Shown: positions 56,984-64,000 of the stretch, in pieces
Numbering within the stretch: the first letter of the stretch is position 1
Layout: the number at the start of each line of letters is the position of its first letter
Origin: Agathobacter sp.
GTDB taxonomy: Bacteria > Bacillota > Clostridia > Lachnospirales > Lachnospiraceae
Length of the DNA: 64,000 nucleotides
Assembly: GCA_017623935.1 (NCBI GenBank)
Contig: JAGAOC010000001.1
Coordinates: 6,168 to 70,167, forward strand
Direction of reading: 5' to 3'
Translations under genes and position numbers: made by a program
The notes under the pieces: generated by a model
Seen by the model: the letters and a program-made list of their open reading frames with translations, nothing else
The model's database searches: none
Told to the model about the DNA's origin: nothing

Positions 56984-58255
56984 TTGAAATTAAGAGTGCC
57001 TGATTATTATGAGGAATTTGCCTGTATAGCAGACCGTTGTAAGGATAGCTGCTGTATTGGCTGGGAAATTGATATTGACGAAGATTCTTATGAATATTAT
57101 AAGGAAATTCCGGGAGAGATCGGCGCACGTTTGCAGACAAGCATGATATTAACAGAGGACATGGAGCATAGCTTTCGGTTAGTGGAGCATGGGAGATGTC
57201 CTTTTTTAAATGATAGAAATCTCTGTGATCTGTGCATTGAACTAGGGGAAGAAGCTTTATGTGAAGTATGTACAGAGTATCCCCGGTTTTCACTGGAATA
57301 CGGAGAGGTATTGCAGAAGACGTTGAGTTTATCCTGCGAAGAAGTGGGGCGGATCTTGTTTTCTAAGGAAGAGCCAGTTTCTTTTATAGAGAGAAGCCTT
57401 GGGGAATGTGAGGAGCTTGAAGAGTTTGGGGAATGTGAAGAACTCGGAGAGTTTGGGGAATGTGAAGAACTTGATGAGTTCGTAGACTGTGACATATTCT
57501 ATGAGGAATCGGAGGAAGACTGGGATTATATTGCCTTCTGTGAAGCAGTTCAGGAGGAATTGATCGCAGTGCTTCAAGACAGAAGTCAGTCTATCTGGCA
57601 GAGAATGAGAACCTACTTACATATTTTACAGCGGATTCAAAATCTCATTAACGAAGATCCTGAGCAGGATTGGCAGAAGATTTCGGTCAGTGCGATAGCG
57701 AAAGGGCAAGGAATTTCGGTCAGTGAGATAGCGAAAGGTCAAGGCTGTGACCATAAAGGGGCAGTGGGAAGCAATTTTTGGAATTTGCAGGATGAGGATG
57801 CATTTTCATTGTTTTTTGCAAGATTTAGTGCATTTTGTCAGATGGAGACACTAGATGTAGAATGGGAAAAGCAAAAAGAAGCTTTGAGTGAGAGATTTAC
57901 CGAAGAAAGATATCAGGGATTGCTGGAGAATTTCTTAAGAAGTGATTGTTACTTGGAGAAAGATTATGAGAATCTTATGGTATACTTTACATTTCGGTAT
58001 TTTATGAACTGTGTTTATGATTACGATATGCTCTCTTATGGAAAGCTGGCAGTTGGTTTTACCTTAATGATCCGGGATATGGATGCCCTTCGCTTTACAG
58101 AAAAGGAAGGCAGATATGATAGTCTTGATCGCATTGATGTGGCAAGGATCTTCTCAAAGGAAGTAGAACATTCCTTAGAGAATGTAGAATTAGCAAAAGA
58201 AGAGTTTATGTTTGGAGAGGAATTCTCCATAGAAAAACTGTGTGCCCAGATATAG
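56984..58255 (+). CDS. fliB: FliB-family (flagellin lysine-N-methylase-like) protein
   Basis: PDYY..F.CIA..C.DSCC.GW.I.ID, CPFL...LC, LC.VC..YPR, SLSCEE and C-terminal FSKEVEHS..N. Confidence 0.8.
   Translation: MKLRVPDYYEEFACIADRCKDSCCIGWEIDIDEDSYEYYKEIPGEIGARLQTSMILTEDMEHSFRLVEHGRCPFLNDRNLCDLCIELGEEALCEVCTEYPRFSLEYGEVLQKTLSLSCEEVGRILFSKEEPVSFIERSLGECEELEEFGECEELGEFGECEELDEFVDCDIFYEESEEDWDYIAFCEAVQEELIAVLQDRSQSIWQRMRTYLHILQRIQNLINEDPEQDWQKISVSAIAKGQGISVSEIAKGQGCDHKGAVGSNFWNLQDEDAFSLFFARFSAFCQMETLDVEWEKQKEALSERFTEERYQGLLENFLRSDCYLEKDYENLMVYFTFRYFMNCVYDYDMLSYGKLAVGFTLMIRDMDALRFTEKEGRYDSLDRIDVARIFSKEVEHSLENVELAKEEFMFGEEFSIEKLCAQI
57399..57479 (+). repeat. Three 27-bp coding tandem repeats (GECEEL.EF)
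   Basis: TTGGGGAATGTGARGARCT.G..GAGT x3. Confidence 0.85.
57680..57745 (+). repeat. Two 33-bp coding tandem repeats (ISVS.IAKGQG)
   Basis: ATTTCGGTCAGTG.GATAGCGAAAGG.CAAGG. x2. Confidence 0.85.
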
Positions 58256-58275
58256 GACACACAGTTTTGTTTTTC

Positions 58276-58312
58276 GTTTGCCAGGAAATTCCTCTGGAAT
58301 TCCCTGGCAAAC
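58276..58312. terminator. Long hairpin between convergent genes
   Basis: GTTTGCCAGG-a-AATTCC-tct-GGAATT-c-CCTGGCAAAC. Confidence 0.65.
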
Positions 58313-58331
58313 AAAAGACACTACGTGTCAA

Positions 58332-58410
58332 TTATGCGCAGCTCGCGGAGAAGAAGTTTATTGCTTTGCAATACCGCTCGCGCGCGGAGATTGCACGGAG
58401 CGCAATCTTT
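58332..58410. repeat. 79-bp dispersed structured repeat, copy B
   Basis: 75/79 identical to 20530-20608. Confidence 0.85.
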
Positions 58411-58417
58411 TTACAAG

Positions 58418-59389
58418 TTATTTATCTAAAAGATCTGTATAGAATTCAGAATAGTCATTTCTCTCATCTTTTGTAAAGTCGATAGCAGAAGATGGATGAA
58501 GATTCAATCTTCCTGTTAACAGGTAAGGAATGTCATATCCCCAAACAGCACCGGATTCTTTCAGAGGAAGCATATATTCTTCTAAGAATTTCAGTACTGG
58601 GAAAATGTTGTATTTTGGATTCTTTAAGAAGCTGAGAAGAAGTTCCATTGCACAGTTTCCAGCACCACGACCCATGGACATCATGGTGGCATCTAATAAG
58701 CTGACACCTCTTGCAGCTGCTTCAATCGTGTTAGCAAAAGCTAACTGCTGGTTGTTATGAGCGTGCATACCAATGTATTTTCCGTATTTTTCAGCGGCTT
58801 CCATATATTTGTCCGCAATGCTTCTGATCTGTTCTGGGTATAAAGAACCGTAGCTGTCAACCAGATAGATTCCGTCAACACTACTGTTTCCTACCATTTC
58901 AAGAGCCTGGTCGATATCGGCTTCTTTGGCATTGGAAATTGCCATAATATTACAGGTAACCTCGTATCCCTTTGCTTTGGCATCTTCGATGATCTCAATA
59001 GCAGCAGGCATCTGGTGAACGTAAGTTGCTACACGTACCATGTCGATGACACTGTCTATCTTGTCGATGATGTCGTTCTTGAAATCACAGCGTCCTACGT
59101 CTGCCATAACAGCGATCTTCATATCAGAATTGTTGTCGCCTACGATAGCACGAAGATCTTCCTCGGTACAGAATTTCCATTTTCCAAATTTTGTTACATC
59201 AAATAATTCCTTGGATGCTTTGTAACCGAATTCCATATAATCAACACCGGCCTTGACATTTGCGCGGTATAATGCGTTAATAAATTCATCGGAAAACATG
59301 AAATTGTTTACCAGTCCTCCGTCACGAATAGTTGCGTCCAGCACCTTGATATCAGAGCGGACGGTCATTAAATCTCCTTTTTGAGCCAT
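58418..59389 (-). CDS. DRE-TIM (HMGL-like) metallo-aldolase, 4-hydroxy-2-oxovalerate aldolase-like
   Basis: Motifs LDATIRDGG, VDSYGS, HAHNN and MGRGAGN; alternative RBS/start at 59368. Confidence 0.8.
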   Translation of the reverse strand: MAQKGDLMTVRSDIKVLDATIRDGGLVNNFMFSDEFINALYRANVKAGVDYMEFGYKASKELFDVTKFGKWKFCTEEDLRAIVGDNNSDMKIAVMADVGRCDFKNDIIDKIDSVIDMVRVATYVHQMPAAIEIIEDAKAKGYEVTCNIMAISNAKEADIDQALEMVGNSSVDGIYLVDSYGSLYPEQIRSIADKYMEAAEKYGKYIGMHAHNNQQLAFANTIEAAARGVSLLDATMMSMGRGAGNCAMELLLSFLKNPKYNIFPVLKFLEEYMLPLKESGAVWGYDIPYLLTGRLNLHPSSAIDFTKDERNDYSEFYTDLLDK

Positions 59390-59537
59390 TACATTTATCC
59401 TCCTTAACACTTCAACGCCTTAACGCGTTGAATATATGATAACACAATATTGGAAAAAAGCAAGTATAACTTTACTTTTTTTATAGAGACTTATATAATA
59501 AGAAAGAAAATTTTGAAAATGCCTGGAGGTTTTGGGA

Positions 59538-60500
59538 ATGATACATATGTTAGAAATCCTTGATCCCGCAGTGATCGCTTTTGTGGGAATCTTATTCGCG
59601 TTTGCACTTACCTGTTTTGCTATTGCAAAATTTAATCCATTTCTTCCGAAAGATATGGGGCGTCAGTTCGCTCATGATGGAAGTCTTTCAGCAGGAAAGC
59701 CAAGAGGGGCGGGAATTATCTTTATTTTTACATTTGCCCTGTCAGTAGTGCTTTTTGCAGAAATGAATGTGGAGATCGCAATCTATCTGATCCTTATCAT
59801 TATTGAAATGTTTACAGGATTTTTTGATGATGCTTCGGATAAGCCATGGGGAGAATATTTGAAGGGCTTTTTAGACCTGGTGGTAGCCATCGTTGTTGCC
59901 ATGGTATTCCTTCATTATAACAACAATGTAGTCTATATTGCCGTTGCAGATATGTCTATTACCATTCCACCGATCCTTTTTGGTGTTCTCACAGTTGTTT
60001 TGGTATGGGTGTCCATTAACGTAACAAACTGTTCAGATGGTGTTGACGGATTATCAGGAACTCTTACCATTATTACATTGATGACTTTCTTTGTACTGGA
60101 TCATCTGTTAAGTATCTCTGACGGATTTAATTATTGTCTCTTATTGTTTGCAGTATGTTTATTAGGATATCTGTGGTACAACGCTACTCCAAGTAAACTT
60201 CTGATGGGAGATGCCGGTTCTAGAGCTATGGGAATCTTTATTGCCATTGCAGCTTTAAAGAGCCACAGCCCATTTATTTATCTGCTGGCAGCAGCTATGC
60301 TGATCATTGATGGTGGTTTAGGACTTGTGAAAGTAGCATTGCTTCGCTTCTTAAAGATCCATATTTTGAAAAATACTACAACACCGATCCATGATCATGT
60401 GAGAAAGCGTCTTGGATGGTCAAATGCTCAGGTAGTATTTCGATTTGCTATCATTCAGATCGTTATTTCTGCAGCAACTATTTATTTGGTGATGATGTAA
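59538..60500 (+). CDS. mraY: MraY/WecA-family polyprenyl-phosphate sugar-1-phosphate transferase
   Basis: Motifs GKPRGAG, GFFDD, INVTNCSDGVDGL, LLMGDAGS and TPIHDH; may be a paralogue rather than the dcw-cluster MraY. Confidence 0.65.
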   Translation: MIHMLEILDPAVIAFVGILFAFALTCFAIAKFNPFLPKDMGRQFAHDGSLSAGKPRGAGIIFIFTFALSVVLFAEMNVEIAIYLILIIIEMFTGFFDDASDKPWGEYLKGFLDLVVAIVVAMVFLHYNNNVVYIAVADMSITIPPILFGVLTVVLVWVSINVTNCSDGVDGLSGTLTIITLMTFFVLDHLLSISDGFNYCLLLFAVCLLGYLWYNATPSKLLMGDAGSRAMGIFIAIAALKSHSPFIYLLAAAMLIIDGGLGLVKVALLRFLKIHILKNTTTPIHDHVRKRLGWSNAQVVFRFAIIQIVISAATIYLVMM

Positions 60501-60504
60501 TTTT

Positions 60505-60554
60505 AAAAAGATTGTGTTTTGGCTGATAAATTCGGCGAAGCGCAATCTTTTTTT
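60505..60554. terminator. Terminator related to the right-hand hairpin of the dispersed repeat
   Basis: AAAAAGATTGTGTTTT...GAAGCGCAATCTTTTT. Confidence 0.7.
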
Positions 60555-60626
60555 GCTATATTTATTGCGTTTTTTCGGTTTGAATGATATATTGTATAAG
60601 TTATAACTAATATAAACGGAGGGAAT

Positions 60627-61484
60627 ATGATGAAGAAATTATTAGCACTTGGATTATCTTTAGTAATGGCTTTTTCTGTATTAACGGGCTGTGGTAGCTC
60701 AAATGCCGGAGAAGCAAAGAAAGCAAAAGTAATTGAGATTGAATTGACCAACGAGGAATATGCATTTGGTGTAGATAAGAACCAGCCGGAGCTTTTAGAG
60801 TCCGTAAATACTTTTATCACAGAGATCAAAGCAAATGGTACATTTGATGAGATCTGTAACAGATATTTTGGTGATGGAACTCCTGTAGCTGTAACTTCTG
60901 CAAAGCTTGATACAAGCAAGGATCAGCTGGTTGTGGCAACAAATGCTTCTTTTGAGCCTTTTGAATATCTGGAAGGTGAGAGCTACTATGGAGTTGATAT
61001 GGAAATCGCAGCAGCTCTTGCAGAGTACCTGGGAAAAGAACTGGTTATCCAGAACATGGATTTTGACGCAGTCTGCCTGTCTGTAGGTCAGCAGAAATGC
61101 GATATCGCTATGGCTGGTCTTACAATTAAGGAAGATCGTAAAGAATATGTAAATTTCTCAGATCCATATTATAGTGCAGCACAGAAACTGGTTGTTACCT
61201 CTGATAATACTGAGTTTGACAGTTGTGCAGATGCAGCAGCAGTAGAAGCTATTTTAAAAGAAAAAGATTCTAAAATCAAGGTTGGTGTTCAGAATGGTAC
61301 TACTGGACAGTTCTACTGCCAGGGAGACCAGGAATGGGGATTTGACGGATTTGCAATGGAGACTGTTGGTTATAAGAACGGTTCTCTGGCAATTCAGGAT
61401 CTGTTAAATGGCAATATTGATTATGTAGTCATCGATTCTGCACCTGCAAAGTGCATTACGGAATCTATTAACGAAATGCGATAA
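60627..61484 (+). CDS. Polar amino-acid ABC transporter substrate-binding lipoprotein (circularly permuted)
   Basis: Lipobox LTGC; LVVATNASFEPFEY, VNFSDPYY, VGVQNGTTG and IDYVVID motifs; the usual C-terminal segment sits at the N-terminus. Confidence 0.88.
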   Translation: MMKKLLALGLSLVMAFSVLTGCGSSNAGEAKKAKVIEIELTNEEYAFGVDKNQPELLESVNTFITEIKANGTFDEICNRYFGDGTPVAVTSAKLDTSKDQLVVATNASFEPFEYLEGESYYGVDMEIAAALAEYLGKELVIQNMDFDAVCLSVGQQKCDIAMAGLTIKEDRKEYVNFSDPYYSAAQKLVVTSDNTEFDSCADAAAVEAILKEKDSKIKVGVQNGTTGQFYCQGDQEWGFDGFAMETVGYKNGSLAIQDLLNGNIDYVVIDSAPAKCITESINEMR

Positions 61485-61512
61485 GCAAAAGCGCAGGATA
61501 TAAGAGGTTTTT

Positions 61513-62223
61513 ATGGGAAATTTTCAACAGAAGATCGATAAGTTTATTGATATTTTTATAGGGCAGAACGGCTACGTAAAAGTAGTGGAAGGATTAAAAA
61601 ATACTCTGTTAATTGCTATTGTGGGCTTAATTATCGGTATTTTGATCGGAACCCTTATTGCAACGGTTCGCGTGATCCCGAAATACAAGACCCTTCCAAA
61701 AGTGTTAAATGGAATCTGCAGTTTTTATGTTGCTCTATTTAGAGGAACTCCGATCGTAGTTCAGCTTTTGGTATTTTATTATGTATTACTTCCGATCATG
61801 GGGGTACATATGACCGGTGTTCAGGTATCCATACTGGTATTTGGACTCAATAGTGGCGCATATATCTCAGAGACCATGCGAAGCGGTATCATGTCCGTAG
61901 ATGGCGGACAGATGGAGGCTGGGCGAGCAGTAGGACTTAGCTTTGGAACGACTATGATGAAGATCGTGATCCCACAGGCCATCAAGAACATTCTTCCTAC
62001 CCTTGGTAATGAATTTATTGCCCTGATCAAGGAGACATCTGTTGTAAGTTTTGTTGGCGCGGCAGATCTTTATGTGGCATTTAACAATATCGGAAGCAAC
62101 AGTTATGAATTTATGGTTCCATATCTGGTAATGGCACTTATCTATATTGCTCTTGTGCTTATTATCAGTCTGGGCATTAAGATTATGGAAAGGAGCCTGA
62201 GAAAAAGTGATAGACGTAATTAA
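61513..62223 (+). CDS. Polar amino-acid ABC transporter permease
   Basis: Motifs [30 protein letters not shown] and [11 protein letters not shown]. Confidence 0.93.
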   Translation: MGNFQQKIDKFIDIFIGQNGYVKVVEGLKNTLLIAIVGLIIGILIGTLIATVRVIPKYKTLPKVLNGICSFYVALFRGTPIVVQLLVFYYVLLPIMGVHMTGVQVSILVFGLNSGAYISETMRSGIMSVDGGQMEAGRAVGLSFGTTMMKIVIPQAIKNILPTLGNEFIALIKETSVVSFVGAADLYVAFNNIGSNSYEFMVPYLVMALIYIALVLIISLGIKIMERSLRKSDRRN

Positions 62224-63037
62224 TCTTGAAAAAAAATTCGGTGATAACCAGGTCTTAGATAAGATCAGTGTTACCGTTGAAAAAGGCGATATCATGGTTG
62301 TGATCGGCCCTTCAGGTTCCGGAAAAAGTACCTTTCTTCGTTGTCTGAACTGTATGGAAGACCCTACTGGCGGTCAGATCATTTTTAATGGCGTAGATAT
62401 TGCGGATACCAAGGTAGATATCAATATCCACAGAAGACATATGGGAATGGTATTCCAGCACTTTAACCTGTTTAATAATAAGACCGTAGTGCAGAATATC
62501 ATGCTGGCTCCTGTGTACGTACAGTGTCAGGACTTACGAAAGATCAAGAGAAAGAATTTCTGCCTCAAATTTACCAATCTTTTTAAGAGTGGGGATAAAA
62601 AGCAGGAACTTACTCCAATTACCACAAGTAAAGCAGAGATCGTGAAAAATGCCCGGGAAGAAGCGATCGATCTCTTAAAGAGGATCGGTCTTGAAGATAA
62701 GGCAGACGTATATCCATCCACTCTTTCCGGTGGTCAGAAACAGCGTGTAGCCATCGTGCGTGCCCTTGCCATGAAACCGGATGTGATCCTTTTTGATGAG
62801 CCAACCAGTGCTCTTGATCCGGAAATGGTAGGAGAAGTATTAGATCTGATGAAGTCCTTAGCAAAAGAAGGCATGACCATGGTCATTGTTACCCACGAGA
62901 TGGGATTTGCACGAGAAGTTGCCAATAAAGTACTTTTTATTGATGGTGGACAGATCTTAGAAAGTGCGCCTCCAGAGGAATTTTTCAGTAATCCTAAGAA
63001 TCCAAGATTGAAGGAATTCTTATCAAAAGTTTTGTAG
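62207..63037 (+). CDS. Polar amino-acid ABC transporter ATPase (GlnQ type) with internal insertion
   Basis: Motifs [37 protein letters not shown] and VTHEMGFA. Confidence 0.93.
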   Translation: MIDVINLEKKFGDNQVLDKISVTVEKGDIMVVIGPSGSGKSTFLRCLNCMEDPTGGQIIFNGVDIADTKVDINIHRRHMGMVFQHFNLFNNKTVVQNIMLAPVYVQCQDLRKIKRKNFCLKFTNLFKSGDKKQELTPITTSKAEIVKNAREEAIDLLKRIGLEDKADVYPSTLSGGQKQRVAIVRALAMKPDVILFDEPTSALDPEMVGEVLDLMKSLAKEGMTMVIVTHEMGFAREVANKVLFIDGGQILESAPPEEFFSNPKNPRLKEFLSKVL

Positions 63038-63132
63038 AATTTCAACAAATTAAAAAATAACTGTATAGACAATTCCCCCTTTTAGTATTAAAATGTATGT
63101 TGAAAATACAAAATACAAGGGGGAATTTTTGT

Positions 63133-64000
63133 ATGGGAAAGAATGAAAAGCAAAAAACTAGAAAATTAAGTATTCGAAGCAAGATATTGATCCCGGTTCT
63201 GATCATTATTTTAATCGTAAGCTCGGGAATGGGCGCTCTAATGTTTGTGGTTGGAAGATGGGCACTCATCAATACTGGTGTAGAAAAATCCCACTTGGCT
63301 GCTGACATAGCATCAGCTATGATAGATGGAAGTACCATTGGAGAGATCGGTGCTGGATCAGATGGCACGGAAGTTTACCAGACCCAGTTGGCAGAGTTAA
63401 GAGAGATCAAGGAAACCTGTGGTATCCTTTATATGTATACCATTTATGAAGAGAATGGCAACCTGTACTATGGTGTGGATACGGACGAATCATCAGGTCA
63501 ATTAAAGGCGGGTGACGCATATGATGATGAAGAAGAACCGGTTCTTTCTGCATTGAGTGGAGAAGATTATGTTCGAGAGTATATCGTTTCCAATGAATAT
63601 GGAGATCTGATCTCTTCTTACGTTCCAATCTATGATGAAAGTGGTAAAATAGTAGCAGCATTAGGTTGCGATTATGATGCCAGTGAAGTGGTAAGTCTGG
63701 TGGCTACCATTCAGATGCTGACCATGATCTGTACAATAGTAGCTTTGGTAGTATCAGCAGTGATCGTTACTCTTTTTGTTAACCGAATCGCAAAGAATAT
63801 CGTTATCATCAATCAGAAGATCTATGATCTGGTACATAATGAAGGCGACTTAACTCAGAAGTTAGATATCCGCTCTGGTGACGAATTAGAGCTGATCGGT
63901 AATAACGTGAATAATCTTCTGGAATATATCAGAACTATCATGATCAATATTTCAGGAAATTCTACGAACCTGCAAGGCTCATCACAGGAAGTATTTAATA
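63133..64000 (+). CDS. Methyl-accepting chemotaxis protein, N-terminal part (truncated by window end)
   Basis: Manual translation from ATG 63133: SIRSKILIPVLIII (TM1), Cache-like sensor (YGDLISSYVPIYDESGKIVAALGCDYD), TM2, then HAMP GDLTQKLDIRSGDELELIGNNVN. Confidence 0.85.
   Translation, partial: MGKNEKQKTRKLSIRSKILIPVLIIILIVSSGMGALMFVVGRWALINTGVEKSHLAADIASAMIDGSTIGEIGAGSDGTEVYQTQLAELREIKETCGILYMYTIYEENGNLYYGVDTDESSGQLKAGDAYDDEEEPVLSALSGEDYVREYIVSNEYGDLISSYVPIYDESGKIVAALGCDYDASEVVSLVATIQMLTMICTIVALVVSAVIVTLFVNRIAKNIVIINQKIYDLVHNEGDLTQKLDIRSGDELELIGNNVNNLLEYIRTIMINISGNSTNLQGSSQEVFN

Overview
A 64-kb chromosomal window from a low-GC, sporulating, motile Firmicute. Gene content and surface-protein style suggest Lachnospiraceae; this is inference. 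It is mostly housekeeping and niche genes: a spoVA operon split into two pieces, purF-like, apt, rsmF-like, trmO, hflX, nrdD/nrdG, mraY-like, two MATE pumps, ABC transporters, two partial chemoreceptors, and cell-anchored carbohydrate enzymes (type I pullulanase, multimodular GH53 galactanase) plus a glucan phosphorylase. No rRNA, tRNA, CRISPR array, prophage or classical IS was seen. The most notable signal is a three-gene cassette wedged between nrdD and nrdG. It encodes a secreted cohesin-cohesin-dockerin adaptor, a class B sortase and a wall-anchored cohesin scaffold, with no enzyme. It is flanked by a 9-bp direct repeat whose collapse would put an NrdR-like box directly in front of nrdG. 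Other leads: an Rpn-family nuclease with an internal -10, RBS and ATG for a nested antitoxin; a dispersed structured 79-bp repeat with compensatory stem changes; a circularly permuted amino-acid-binding protein; a PurF homologue lacking the catalytic Cys1; and hairpin-containing leaders on both MATE genes. All product calls come from motif recognition by eye, not database searches.
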